From: an uncultured Eubacteriales bacterium
GTDB lineage: Bacteria; Bacillota; Clostridia; Christensenellales; UBA1242
Length of the DNA: 64,000 bases
NCBI GenBank assembly: GCA_948607205.1
Contig: CAPERS010000001.1
Coordinates: 2,522 to 66,521, forward strand
Direction: 5' to 3'
The notes under the pieces are model-generated. The model saw only the letters and a list, made by a program, of their open reading frames with translations. It ran no database searches and had not been told where the DNA came from. Both the position numbers and the translations under genes were made by a program. Below, in pieces: positions 49,348 through 59,351 of this stretch (position 1 is its first letter; the number at the start of each line of letters is the position of its first letter).

Positions 49348-50617
49348 TAAAAATCTCCTCCTTAAATTTATTTAAACTTTTTTCACAGTTTTCAAAAAGA
49401 TACTTTTTCTTATCTTCAAACGAATTGAATTTTATCGTTGTTTTTATTATGTCATAATCGGCTATGACAGGCCTGTTTCTTATTATTGTGCTTGAAATGA
49501 CCTTGTCATTCAAAGCGCCAATTGCACTCTCTTTTGGAAAGGCTTTCATTTCACGGTTTTGCATGAGGTTTATCACGTTATATGCCACACTTAGTCCGCT
49601 TGCCATGCTTTCGATATGACCATAAACACCAGAAATGTTGCCTGCATAGAAAATATTTGGATGTTTTATCGACTGCCCAAATTCGTTTATTACAAATGGC
49701 GCATTAATATAATGATTCTCAATCGCCTTTCCTGCCTGCAAAATGATGGCATTACGTAACCCTCTTATTGAGTTGATAATCTTATATTGACTCTCTGGTG
49801 GAAAAGATGAAGAAAAACCTTCGATTTCAAACCCTCTTGCAAGTCTGACAAGTTTCAAGCATGCGTAAGGCTTTTCTTCAAGATTTTCAATAAAGATTGG
49901 GCGCATAATATTGTTTTTCAGCCCATCCTTTTCCTTTCTTGCCATTTCTTCGATAAGACAAAGGTCATTTTTGACAGGATAATTTTTCTTGATAAGGCAA
50001 TTTCTTTCAGACAAAATGAGATTGCAAAGTGAAATATATTCTTGATAAGATAATGGCAAATATAACTCATCACCCCTCACATAAAATTCACTTTCGTCTA
50101 TGCCTTGAACAATTGGATATATGCTGAAAGACTCAAACATGCGCATTGAGCCATGCAAATCTTTCAAAAAGGACAAAAGTCCATAAGATGTATGCGGTCC
50201 ACTTGCAATAATATTGATTTCTTCCAAATTTAGTTCGCTGACGCAGATATTAAAAAATTCAATCTTTGGATGATTTTTAACTCGCGCCACTCCATATTCA
50301 AGAAGTTTATCAGCAACACAGGAAGAATATTTTTCACCGTCACGAAGAAAATTCTCTTTCTCTGCCAATCTTGAACCAAGAATTTTCAATTCTTTTCTCA
50401 AAAGGTCACGCGCAAAAGTTTTGTTTTCTTCTGTTTCTCCATATATTTCACAATTATGGCAATCGCAACGATATCTGTTTGTGCCAGTTGCACAGTCAAA
50501 AACATGCACATTTATGCCGTGGTCAGCCAAAAATAAAGCACACTCAATGCCTGCAAATCCGCAACCTATAACATTAACACAAAAACTTTTAAGCGTTGCC
50601 TTCCTCCTTATAGTCAC
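49331..50617 (-). CDS. trmFO: divergent TrmFO/Gid-like FAD-dependent tRNA (m5U54) methyltransferase
   Basis: VNVIGCGFAGIECALFLA dinucleotide-binding motif. FYAGNISGVYGHIESMASGL parallels [20 protein letters not shown]. topA-trmFO-hslVU synteny. Start uncertain (29-nt overlap with topA). Confidence 0.72.
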   Translation of the reverse strand: MTIRRKATLKSFCVNVIGCGFAGIECALFLADHGINVHVFDCATGTNRYRCDCHNCEIYGETEENKTFARDLLRKELKILGSRLAEKENFLRDGEKYSSCVADKLLEYGVARVKNHPKIEFFNICVSELNLEEINIIASGPHTSYGLLSFLKDLHGSMRMFESFSIYPIVQGIDESEFYVRGDELYLPLSYQEYISLCNLILSERNCLIKKNYPVKNDLCLIEEMARKEKDGLKNNIMRPIFIENLEEKPYACLKLVRLARGFEIEGFSSSFPPESQYKIINSIRGLRNAIILQAGKAIENHYINAPFVINEFGQSIKHPNIFYAGNISGVYGHIESMASGLSVAYNVINLMQNREMKAFPKESAIGALNDKVISSTIIRNRPVIADYDIIKTTIKFNSFEDKKKYLFENCEKSLNKFKEEIFNGKHV

Positions 50618-52658
50618 AACTTGATGAACTGCATTTGATAACCTTGCCTTTCTTTATAATAGGGCTTTGGCATTTTGGACATTTTTCGCCAGTTGTGATA
50701 TCCCAACTCATAAATTTGCAGTCAGGATAATTTTCACACGCATAATAAAGTTTACCTTTCTTGCTTTTTCTGGCAATAAGACCACTTTTACATTCTGGAC
50801 AAACACCAACAACTTCATGTTGTTGTTCAAGAGGTTGTGTGTTTCTGCATTTTGGAAAGTTCGAGCATGCCAAAAATTTGCCAAATCTGCCTTCACGAAT
50901 AAGCATTTTGTGACCACATTTTTCACACTCAATATCAGTTTCTTCTGGTGGCGCTTTCATGCTCACGCTTGACGCATCAGCCTTTTCAAGCAATCCACTG
51001 AAACCATTCCAAAAAGAAGAAACAACGTTATGCCAATCTTCTCCAGTTTCAACAATATCGTCAAGTCGCTGTTCCATATGCGCTGTGAACTTGACATTGA
51101 TGACTGAACTGAAAAATTGTTCAAGATATTCGGTTATATTTTTGCCAAGTTGAGTTGGAACAAGACTCTTTCCATCTTTTTCAGCATATTTTCTTGCAGT
51201 CAAAACAGAAATTGTTGACGCATAAGTTGCAGGTCTTCCAATTCCCTTTTCTTCCATTGCTTTAACGATTGTTGCATCAGTATAGCGTGCTGGTGGCTTT
51301 GTGAACTTTTGTTCGCTTTTGATTTCCTTGCACGGCAAAACTTCCCCCTCTTCCATAAGAGGAAGTTTGCCAGCCATGCCTTCTTTCTTTTCTTCGTCAA
51401 CAAATTCCTTATAAACAGCGGTATAGCCAGGAAAATTCATTGTTTTTCCTGTCACTTTAAAGCCATAGCCTTCACAATCAAATGTTATTGTGCAGTTTGA
51501 ATATTGCGCTTCATTCATTTGGCTGGCCAAGAAACGTTCATAGATAAGTTTATAAAGTCTGTAATTGTCACTTGACAAACTGTCTTTGATGTTTTCAGGC
51601 CTAATTGCCATTGAAATAGGCCTGATAGCCTCGTGCGCATCTTGCGCTGAGGATTTTGTTTTGTATATGTTTGGTTTTTCTGGCAGGTATTCATCGCCAT
51701 AGTTTTCTTTAATAAATGCTAAGCAAGCCTGTTGAGCATCAGTTGACACACGAACAGAGTCTGTTCTTATATATGTAATAAGAGCCATTTTGCCTTCGCC
51801 CTTGATGTCAACCCCTTCATACAGTTGTTGCGCCGCCGAAGTTGTGCGGTTAAGGCTCATGCCAAGTTTGTTTGAAGCATCTTGTTGCATTGTGCTTGTT
51901 GTGAAAGGTGCTGGCGCATGTGACTTTGTTTTTGACTTTTTAAGTTCACTCAAAAGAAAATCTTTACCTTTGATTTCTTCCAAAACTTTGTCAACTTCAT
52001 CTTTTGAATGAAGTTCAAGTTTTTTCTTCTTGAATGAAGAAAGCAGTGCTTTAATTTCGCTTTGACCTTTCTTTAAGATTGCATTGACATGCCAGTATTC
52101 CTCTGGCTTAAAGTTTTCAATTTCCTTTTCGCGTTCAACCAAAAGTTTGAGTGCGACCGATTGAACCCTTCCTGCGCTGAGTTTTGGCGCAATCTTTTTG
52201 CATAAAACTGGCGAAAGTTTATAGCCAACAATACGGTCGAGAACTCGCCTTGCCTGCTGTGCGTCAACAAGTTTGAGGTCAATTTGACGTGGCTTTTCAA
52301 GTGCTTTTGAAACTGCATTTTTTGAAATTTCATTGAATTCAATTCTGCATTTTTTGTCTTGTGGATATTCAAGAATATGTGCAATATGCCAAGAAATTGC
52401 CTCTCCTTCACGGTCTGGGTCGGTTGCGATAAAAACTTCGTCGGCATTTTTTGCCTTTTTCTTGAGGTCTTCAATCATAGCCTTCTTGTCAGGCAAAATC
52501 TCATATCTTGGTTCAAAATTGTTTCGCATATCGATTGCAAAACTTTTTTGTGGCAAATCTCGAATGTGTCCTTTTGTTGCAAACACATCATAACCTTCTC
52601 CTAAATACTTCTTTAACGACTCACGCTTGAAAGGTGATTCGATAATAACAAGTTTCAA
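50589..52658 (-). CDS. topA: DNA topoisomerase I
   Basis: Toprim MKLVIIESP...ATDPDREGEAI, active-site ITYIRTDS, three C-terminal C4 zinc ribbons, 689 aa. Confidence 0.95.
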   Translation of the reverse strand: MKLVIIESPFKRESLKKYLGEGYDVFATKGHIRDLPQKSFAIDMRNNFEPRYEILPDKKAMIEDLKKKAKNADEVFIATDPDREGEAISWHIAHILEYPQDKKCRIEFNEISKNAVSKALEKPRQIDLKLVDAQQARRVLDRIVGYKLSPVLCKKIAPKLSAGRVQSVALKLLVEREKEIENFKPEEYWHVNAILKKGQSEIKALLSSFKKKKLELHSKDEVDKVLEEIKGKDFLLSELKKSKTKSHAPAPFTTSTMQQDASNKLGMSLNRTTSAAQQLYEGVDIKGEGKMALITYIRTDSVRVSTDAQQACLAFIKENYGDEYLPEKPNIYKTKSSAQDAHEAIRPISMAIRPENIKDSLSSDNYRLYKLIYERFLASQMNEAQYSNCTITFDCEGYGFKVTGKTMNFPGYTAVYKEFVDEEKKEGMAGKLPLMEEGEVLPCKEIKSEQKFTKPPARYTDATIVKAMEEKGIGRPATYASTISVLTARKYAEKDGKSLVPTQLGKNITEYLEQFFSSVINVKFTAHMEQRLDDIVETGEDWHNVVSSFWNGFSGLLEKADASSVSMKAPPEETDIECEKCGHKMLIREGRFGKFLACSNFPKCRNTQPLEQQHEVVGVCPECKSGLIARKSKKGKLYYACENYPDCKFMSWDITTGEKCPKCQSPIIKKGKVIKCSSSSCDYKEEGNA

Positions 52659-52710
52659 TTTTATCCTCCATGTTTGGCTTTCTCAGCCAAAATTTAACGA
52701 CTTTGTCTGC

Positions 52711-53793
52711 CTAGGCAAGAGAATAGACTCCACCCGGCATCCTTCTAATTATTCCACGAATTTCCAAAGTTGTCAAATAACTATTCAAAATATTTATGTT
52801 TAAAGTGGATTTTTCTGATAAAAATTCGATATTTTTGTCACCATCTGACAATAAATCCACTATTTCTTGCTCTTCAAGGCTCAATTGGAAGGATTTTTGC
52901 TTGTTTTGCGCTTTAAAGTTTTTTTCCATTCCCAAACCAGTCAAAATGTCCTCGGCCTCAGTCACGCATTGACCTTGACCACTTTTTATAAGTGCATTTG
53001 GAAGTTCAGATTTTTCGCTGTTTGCATTGCCCGGAAGTGCAAAAACCTCTTTACCATAGTCAAGTGCAAAATCTTTTGTGTGAACTGTTCCACTCTTGAT
53101 GCCAGCCTCTGTTATAAGCACGCCATCACTTAGCCCAGCAATAATGCGATTGCGTTGCGGAAATGTGTATCTTGTCGCTTTCATTGATGGGCAATATTCG
53201 CTTATAAGCAAACCCTTTTCGGCAATATCTTTTGCAAGATTTGAGTGCTCAGCAGGATAGATATTGTTGAATCCCGAGCCAAGCACGGCAATTGTTTTTC
53301 CACCCTCATCAAGCGCTTTTCTGTGCGCAATGCTGTCAACGCCATAAGCAAGACCGCTGACAATGCAAACGCCATTTTTTGCCAAGCCTTCACTCAATTT
53401 ATCAGTCATTATTCTGCCATAATTGCTTGGCGTTCTCGAGCCGACAATGGCAATAGATTTTGCCGATAAAAGTGAAATATCACCTTTGCAAAACAGAAAG
53501 TAAGGTGCATCTGGCAAATAAGCCAATTTTTCAGGATAATTATCTGAAAATTTTGTTATAAGTTCAATGCCTGAATTTTTAAGGTTTTCAAGATAAATTC
53601 TTATTCTAGCCTCGCTTGCACAAACTTGCATGTTTGCATAAAGTTCTTCACTTATCAATTTTTTGCACTCTTTGCTTTTAAAAAATTCGTCAATCGACTG
53701 CCTTTCTCCCAAACAATTGAGTATGTTATCAATCTTCTTTAATGGAAGTTCAAACTGTGACAAAAGCACCAAAAGTTTTTCTTCTTCTCTCAT
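52711..53793 (-). CDS. dprA: DNA processing protein DprA (Smf)
   Basis: IAIVGSRTPSNYG, SGLAYGVDSIAHRKAL, C-terminal winged-helix-like tail, 360 aa. Confidence 0.9.
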   Translation of the reverse strand: MREEEKLLVLLSQFELPLKKIDNILNCLGERQSIDEFFKSKECKKLISEELYANMQVCASEARIRIYLENLKNSGIELITKFSDNYPEKLAYLPDAPYFLFCKGDISLLSAKSIAIVGSRTPSNYGRIMTDKLSEGLAKNGVCIVSGLAYGVDSIAHRKALDEGGKTIAVLGSGFNNIYPAEHSNLAKDIAEKGLLISEYCPSMKATRYTFPQRNRIIAGLSDGVLITEAGIKSGTVHTKDFALDYGKEVFALPGNANSEKSELPNALIKSGQGQCVTEAEDILTGLGMEKNFKAQNKQKSFQLSLEEQEIVDLLSDGDKNIEFLSEKSTLNINILNSYLTTLEIRGIIRRMPGGVYSLA

Positions 53794-53904
53794 TTTTCCT
53801 CCAATCCGTCATCTAGTAGTTTTTTTTATCTTATCAACACGAAAACTTAATGACGCTTTTATTTTTTTGAATTTTACTAATTCTTTAAATTGCGTCTAAG
53901 ACGC

Positions 53905-55434
53905 TTAGCCCCAATATTTGCGGTCAAGACTGCGATAGCCTATCGCCTCGGCAATGTGCTGTGGCTGAATAAACTCCTGCCCTTCAAGGTCGGCAATAGT
54001 TCTTGCAACGCGCAATATTCTGTCATGCGCTCTTGCTGAAAGTTTGAGTTTGTCGAACGCCGTGCGAAGAATTTCTTCACTTGTCTTGTCAAGTTTGCAG
54101 TATTTTTTAGTTTGAGGCACACTCATTTTTGCATTTGAAAAGTTGGAAGAAGATTTAAATCTGTCAAGTTGAATCTGTCTTGCCCTATCAACGCGCTGTT
54201 TGATTGAAATTGAGCATTCTTCCTCGCGTTCACTTTTGAGGTCGTCGTAACTAACGCTGTCAACTTCAACATGAATGTCAATTCTATCCATGATTGGACC
54301 TGAAAGTTTTGCAAGATACTTATGAATCTGATTTGGCGAGCAATGGCATTCTCTATCCTTTGAACCAAAGTTACCACATGGGCAAGGATTCATGCTTGCA
54401 ATCAGGTTAAATGTCGCCGGATAAACAACGGTGGCATTCGCTCTTGCAACAGTTATAACTCCGTCTTCAAGAGGCTGACGAAGTGTTTCAATCGTGTGAC
54501 GTGTGTATTCTGGCAGTTCGTCAAGAAAGAGAACTCCATTGTGCGCAAGCGAAATCTCGCCCGGCTTTGAATTTGTTCCGCCACCAGTCAAGCTGACAGT
54601 CGATGCCGTATGGTGAGGACTTCTGAAAGGCCTTTTTGAAACAATACCTGCTTTAAGGTCGAGTTCGCCTGCAATTGAAGCAATTTTAGTCACTTCCAAA
54701 GCCTCTTCAAAAGTCAAGTCAGGCAAAATTGAAGGAAAGCATTTGGCAAGCATACTTTTTCCGCTCCCCGGTGGGCCAATCATCAAGAGATTATGTCCGC
54801 CTGCAGCAGCAATTTCAAGTGCCCTTTTTGCACGTTGCTGTCCTTTAACGCTTGAAAAATCAAGGATGCATTCACCTTCAGAAACAACCTCATCAAAATT
54901 GCCTACTTTAACTTTTTCAATAATGGTTTCACCCTTCAAAAAATTGACACATTCAGTAAGTGTTGAAACAGGATAAACTTCCACACCTTCAATAAAACCA
55001 GCCTCAGAAGCATTTTCCTTTGGCACTATAAATTTTTTATATCCATGTTTGCGAGCAGAAATAATCAATGGCAAAACACCTTTGACCCTTCTGACAAGGC
55101 CGTCAAAGGACAATTCGCCAACATAGACAAAGTTTTTTGGATTAATTTCAAGTTTGTCGCTTGTTGCAAGAATGGAAATCGCAATTGCAAGGTCATATAA
55201 CGAACCTTCTTTTTTGATATCCGCAGGCGCCAAGTTCAAAGTTATGCGCTTGTTTGGATATTCATATCCACTGTTTTTTATCGCTGTTCGAACGCGCTCT
55301 TTTGCCTCTTTAATTGCAGTGTCAGCAAGTCCAACTATCTCAAATTTAGGAAGTCCATTCGATACATCAGTTTCAACACTTATTGGAAAACCTTCAATAC
55401 CTCTCAGCCCAAAACTCACAACCTTTGATAACAT
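53905..55434 (-). CDS. comM: YifB/ComM family Mg-chelatase-like AAA+ ATPase
   Basis: Lon-like N-terminal domain, GPPGSGKSM Walker A, GVLFLDELPE Walker B, 509 aa. Confidence 0.9.
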   Translation of the reverse strand: MLSKVVSFGLRGIEGFPISVETDVSNGLPKFEIVGLADTAIKEAKERVRTAIKNSGYEYPNKRITLNLAPADIKKEGSLYDLAIAISILATSDKLEINPKNFVYVGELSFDGLVRRVKGVLPLIISARKHGYKKFIVPKENASEAGFIEGVEVYPVSTLTECVNFLKGETIIEKVKVGNFDEVVSEGECILDFSSVKGQQRAKRALEIAAAGGHNLLMIGPPGSGKSMLAKCFPSILPDLTFEEALEVTKIASIAGELDLKAGIVSKRPFRSPHHTASTVSLTGGGTNSKPGEISLAHNGVLFLDELPEYTRHTIETLRQPLEDGVITVARANATVVYPATFNLIASMNPCPCGNFGSKDRECHCSPNQIHKYLAKLSGPIMDRIDIHVEVDSVSYDDLKSEREEECSISIKQRVDRARQIQLDRFKSSSNFSNAKMSVPQTKKYCKLDKTSEEILRTAFDKLKLSARAHDRILRVARTIADLEGQEFIQPQHIAEAIGYRSLDRKYWG

Positions 55435-55560
55435 AATGACCTCTCTTAGAGAACATTATAACAAAAATCGACATATTAACAAAACAATTTTCTTCATTTT
55501 ACAATTTCGACAAATTTCGCAGATTTATTGAAGGTCTTTTTTTGCAATTAAATTTATAAG

Positions 55561-56235
55561 TCATAATTTTGCCAAATTTGTCACAATAGATTTTTGTTCA
55601 GGATTCAAACGAAAACTGTCACGACATTTTTGCGCGCACTTCTTTTTGACGTCTAAATTTTTGATTTTAATAAAAAATTTCTTCGTTTTTTCAAAGTTTT
55701 TGATGAAAAAGTCACAAAAAGCCCATGCAAGAGCCATGTTTATATAGTATTTATCACTTTCTTTTTTAGATAAAATTTCCAAAGTCTTTTCAAGATATTG
55801 CTCGTCTATGAAATGCCTCATAAGTCCAATTATGCCAGTTCGACACACAAACTCTTCATCACTTTGGCAAAGTTTTTTGAAAAAAGCAAATGCTTGTTCT
55901 TTGTTTTTGAGTTTTTTTAAGCTTGGAACAATCACGTCAACACTTGCCCAATTATCAAAGTATGGCAAAAGGCTTTCAAGACTGTCCAAAATCAAATCAA
56001 TGTCTTTTTCATAAGACAAAAGCAAGCCTTTAAGCACAATCTCTTCAAAAGAAATTGGTTGAATATCAACAAAGCGAACACCTTTATCGTAAAAATCTTT
56101 GCTTGCCTTTCTCAAAACAGGTATTTTTATGCCATACATTTTGTATTTGGTGAAAATAAGTTTTGCATTAAAAAGAGCGAGTTTTTCACTTGAATTTTCA
56201 TTTAAAAAGTTTTCAATTTCAATATAATTTTTCAT
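55561..56235 (-). CDS. DNA alkylation repair protein (AlkD-like HEAT-repeat)
   Basis: 224 aa, helical repeats. LFNAKLIFTKYKMYGIKIPVLRKASKDF resembles the AlkD-family N-terminus. Confidence 0.65.
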   Translation of the reverse strand: MKNYIEIENFLNENSSEKLALFNAKLIFTKYKMYGIKIPVLRKASKDFYDKGVRFVDIQPISFEEIVLKGLLLSYEKDIDLILDSLESLLPYFDNWASVDVIVPSLKKLKNKEQAFAFFKKLCQSDEEFVCRTGIIGLMRHFIDEQYLEKTLEILSKKESDKYYINMALAWAFCDFFIKNFEKTKKFFIKIKNLDVKKKCAQKCRDSFRLNPEQKSIVTNLAKL

Positions 56236-56342
56236 GGAAATATTTTATCATTTTTTAGTAAGTTTTTGCTAGTAAAATTAAAAACAATTGCAAAAATTAT
56301 TATTAAAAGAATAAATTTTATAAATTTTCACATAATAAAAAT

Positions 56343-56471
56343 ATGAAAAAGAAAAAATTTTTAAAGTCAAAAAAAGATAATTTTAAAAGCAAAAATGACC
56401 CGCTTGGGTCATACACTGGCACAGGACTGCTTGATGACGAAATGCCAGTTCAGGACGCTGATGATTTATAA
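56343..56471 (+). CDS. candidate 42-aa basic-N/acidic-C micro-protein (not in ORF track)
   Basis: Hand translation MKKKKFLKSKKDNFKSKNDPLGSYTGTGLLDDEMPVQDADDL, followed by a terminator. No clear SD. Confidence 0.3.
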   Translation: MKKKKFLKSKKDNFKSKNDPLGSYTGTGLLDDEMPVQDADDL

Positions 56472-56487
56472 AAAAAACTTAGAAACA

Positions 56488-56516
56488 AAAAAAAGACTTT
56501 CTAATAAGTCTTTTTA
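56488..56516. terminator. bidirectional rho-independent terminator
   Basis: AAAGACTT (56492-56499) / AAGTCTTT (56506-56513) flanked by A- and T-runs. Confidence 0.65.
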
Positions 56517-56517
56517 T

Positions 56518-57459
56518 TTAATGATTTTCATCTTCACAAGAAACTTCACAAGTGCTTTCATTTCCATTTTTTGCATATAGATTCTTTGGATAAACTCCTC
56601 TATCTTTCAAATTTTGAATGCCATTTTTAACTTTTGCCAAATCTTCCTTATAAGTCACGCCAAGCCATTTTGATGAAGTTTTTTGAATTTTTAATGTCGC
56701 TTCGCCATTTTTTATCATATCATTCAAAACGTCAACAAGCAAAAATTCACTTTTTGAGTGGTCAATGTTTTGCGCAAAGAATTTGTTTATATCCTTTTCA
56801 ATTTGGTCTAAAAAACTTTTTGTAAAACCAAACATAGTCATAGATGTCATAGTGTCAGGCGAAATTTCACGCCAAGAATTTTTGCCGAGGTCTGTTGCAT
56901 AGATTTTTCCATCCACATTTGCAACTTCGCTTTCAACAACACTTGTCGCATAATCGCCGTCCATGCTGAAAAGCCCACGCTTAACAGTCCCATTTTCTGT
57001 CAAAGTGTTAAAAGCCATAAAACCTGCGCTTATAAAATCTTTCTTGTTGTCACTTTTGCTTAAGAAATCTGCAACAATTTCAAATGGCTCACTTCCATAA
57101 AAATCGTCAGCATTAATAACTGCAAACCTATCAGCAATTTTGTTTCGGCAACAATAAAGGGCATGGGCAGTTCCCCAAGGCTTGCTTCTTCCCTCTGGAA
57201 TGCTTGCAAGCGGAATGTCACTCATATCTTGAAAAATATACTCAACAGGAATCTTGCTTTTAAGTCTTTTTCCAACACTTTCCTCAAAAATTTCTTGATG
57301 CTCTTTGCGGATGATAAGCACAACACGGTCAAAGCCAGCACGAACGGCATCAAAAGCCGAGTAATCAAGAATAAAATTTGCATCTTCGTCAATAGGCTCA
57401 ATCTGTTTTAGTCCGCCAAATCTGCTTCCCATTCCTGCCGCCAAAATAACCAAATCCAT
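56518..57459 (-). CDS. sugar-phosphate nucleotidyltransferase (NTP_transferase family)
   Basis: Start at the ATG at 57459 behind GGAGGG. MDLVILAAGMGSRFGGLKQ signature. 313 aa. Confidence 0.75.
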   Translation of the reverse strand: MDLVILAAGMGSRFGGLKQIEPIDEDANFILDYSAFDAVRAGFDRVVLIIRKEHQEIFEESVGKRLKSKIPVEYIFQDMSDIPLASIPEGRSKPWGTAHALYCCRNKIADRFAVINADDFYGSEPFEIVADFLSKSDNKKDFISAGFMAFNTLTENGTVKRGLFSMDGDYATSVVESEVANVDGKIYATDLGKNSWREISPDTMTSMTMFGFTKSFLDQIEKDINKFFAQNIDHSKSEFLLVDVLNDMIKNGEATLKIQKTSSKWLGVTYKEDLAKVKNGIQNLKDRGVYPKNLYAKNGNESTCEVSCEDENH

Positions 57460-57627
57460 AACATCCCTCCAAAAAAAATCTCTTACCTTCATTATATGTC
57501 AATTCAGACATAAAAGCAAGCGATAAAATGCAATAATAAATTATTTCCAAACAACCACACCTAACCTGAAATGCCAGCATAATGTGTTTAGTGTATATAG
57601 AAATATATACTTAAAAGGAAAAAACAA

Positions 57628-58017
57628 ATGATATCAAACAGAAATTGTAGTTGTTTTTTCTGCCGTTGCTGTTTCGGATGCAACAGATGCAGAAATTGCA
57701 ACTGTCACAATGACAACAACTGGAATAACTGTCAAAAATGTCCTTGCCGTTGTCATGAAAGTAAAAATGAATGCCCTAGAAGAGAATGCGATTGCTTCAA
57801 ACGCTCAAATGAACAATTTGAAGATTTCAGTTGGTGCAATAAGTGCGAGGAAAAACACAACTGTTGCCACAAAAATAACAACTGGAATAACTGCGACCGC
57901 AACAATTCTTGGAATAACAACTGGTCACGTTGCCAAAACAACTTTCCTCGCCCAATGAATATGCAAACAAGAAATGATTTCGACCAAAATTTTGACGAAT
58001 ATTATGATGAGTTTTAA
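57628..58017 (+). CDS. extremely Cys/Asn-rich small protein (22 Cys in 129 aa) with acidic aromatic tail
   Basis: AAAGGAAAA RBS, monocistronic, followed by two terminator hairpins. NCSCFFCRCCFGCNRCRNCNCH... Confidence 0.7.
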   Translation: MISNRNCSCFFCRCCFGCNRCRNCNCHNDNNWNNCQKCPCRCHESKNECPRRECDCFKRSNEQFEDFSWCNKCEEKHNCCHKNNNWNNCDRNNSWNNNWSRCQNNFPRPMNMQTRNDFDQNFDEYYDEF

Positions 58018-58068
58018 AAAATAACTACGAACCATTTTATTGATAAAAAAGCGTATAATACGCACCGC

Positions 58069-58135
58069 AAAGGTTATTTTTAACCTTTGCCTACATACTT
58101 TTTTCCTTTTAAGTCAACCGCAAAAAGCGGTTTTT
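58069..58135 (+). terminator. two successive terminator hairpins
   Basis: GCAAAGGTTA-TTT-TAACCTTTGC, then AACCGC-AAAAA-GCGGTT followed by TTTTG. Confidence 0.6.
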
Positions 58136-58173
58136 GTTTTGCTTTTTTGTTTATTGCATGCTAGAATGAATAT

Positions 58174-58728
58174 ATGAAACAAAACGAAAGAATCATTATT
58201 TTCCCAACAGACACAGTCTATGGAATGGGTTGCTCGATATTTGATAAAGAGAGCATTCAAAAAATCTACCAAATAAAATCTCGACCTCTTGACAAGCCTC
58301 TTGCCTGCCTTTGTGCAGATTTGCAGCAGATAAAGGATATCGCTTTTGTCAGCAAAAACGTAGAAAAAATTATTAATACTTTCATGCCCGGCGCACTGAC
58401 CGTTATCTTGAAAGCAAATGCAAAAATAAAGAAAGCAACTGGATTTGACACAATCGGCGTGAGAATCCCAAACTCAAAAACTGCGATTGAAATTTTAAAA
58501 ACTCATGGTGCAATGCTCACAACTTCGGTCAATGACTCAGGGAAATCACCCATTAACGAATATAACGAGATAGTGAAAAAATACTCGCATCTCGCGGACA
58601 AAATCTATCCGCCTTGCGAAAACTCATCAAATCACCCTTCCACAGTTGTTAGTTTGATTGATGGCAAAATAAAAATATTGCGCCAAGGCGACATAACCTT
58701 AACGCAAATAATTGAAACTTTAAAATAA
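58174..58728 (+). CDS. tsaC: L-threonylcarbamoyladenylate synthase (TsaC/YrdC type)
   Basis: IIFPTDTVYGMGC, GVRIPN, SVNDSG motifs, 184 aa. TAGAAT ends 6 nt before the ATG and there is no SD, so the mRNA may be leaderless. Confidence 0.85.
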   Translation: MKQNERIIIFPTDTVYGMGCSIFDKESIQKIYQIKSRPLDKPLACLCADLQQIKDIAFVSKNVEKIINTFMPGALTVILKANAKIKKATGFDTIGVRIPNSKTAIEILKTHGAMLTTSVNDSGKSPINEYNEIVKKYSHLADKIYPPCENSSNHPSTVVSLIDGKIKILRQGDITLTQIIETLK

Positions 58729-58729
58729 A

Positions 58730-59341
58730 TTAGTTTATTGAAATATTGTTTTCTTCAAACACGCAGTCCTTGCTGACAACTCTATATTTTTCTTTATCTC
58801 TCAACGCCTCGCGTTCTTCACGAGTTGTCAGTATAACTTTTTCTGCTCTATCCATATGTAAAATGCCATTTAGGTGATCATATTCATGGCAAAAAACAGT
58901 CACTTCAAAACCTTCCATGTCCTTAATATGCTTTTTGCCGTCTATGTCTTGATACATGATTGTTATCGAATAAGGTCTTTTGACAAGCCCAGTGTAAAGT
59001 CTTCCCTCTTCATCAATGCAACTCTGGCAAGCTTCCCAAAAGTATGTTTCGCCTTTTGCAGATAAAATTTTAGGATTGATAAAAACTTTACCTTCGTTAC
59101 TAAACCTGTCTTGATCTGTTTTGTTTTCTACTGTGCTTTTGATGTAAATAATTCGCTTTGGAATGCCCAGTTGCACACCAGCCATTGCATAGACGCGGTT
59201 GTCAAGGCAATAGTCTTCCAGAATGTCAATCTCTTCTTGAAGGATATCATCAAAAGAAGTAACAGGCTCTGAAACCTTTCTTAAAAATTTTTCATTATCT
59301 AAAATAGTTATTCTTTCCATAGGCTTATTATAAATCCTCAC
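58730..59341 (-). CDS. def: peptide deformylase (long, divergent form)
   Basis: GVQLGIP, EACQSC (EGCLS-like), HEYDHLNG metal motifs, 203 aa. Confidence 0.82.
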   Translation of the reverse strand: MRIYNKPMERITILDNEKFLRKVSEPVTSFDDILQEEIDILEDYCLDNRVYAMAGVQLGIPKRIIYIKSTVENKTDQDRFSNEGKVFINPKILSAKGETYFWEACQSCIDEEGRLYTGLVKRPYSITIMYQDIDGKKHIKDMEGFEVTVFCHEYDHLNGILHMDRAEKVILTTREEREALRDKEKYRVVSKDCVFEENNISIN

Positions 59342-59351
59342 TTCGTTTTTG

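Noticed and set aside
56395-56580. 61-aa plus-strand ORF in the track
   Set aside because: It runs through a bidirectional terminator and into the 3' end of the convergent nucleotidyltransferase gene. The alternative frame (56343..56471) is more plausible, though still weak.
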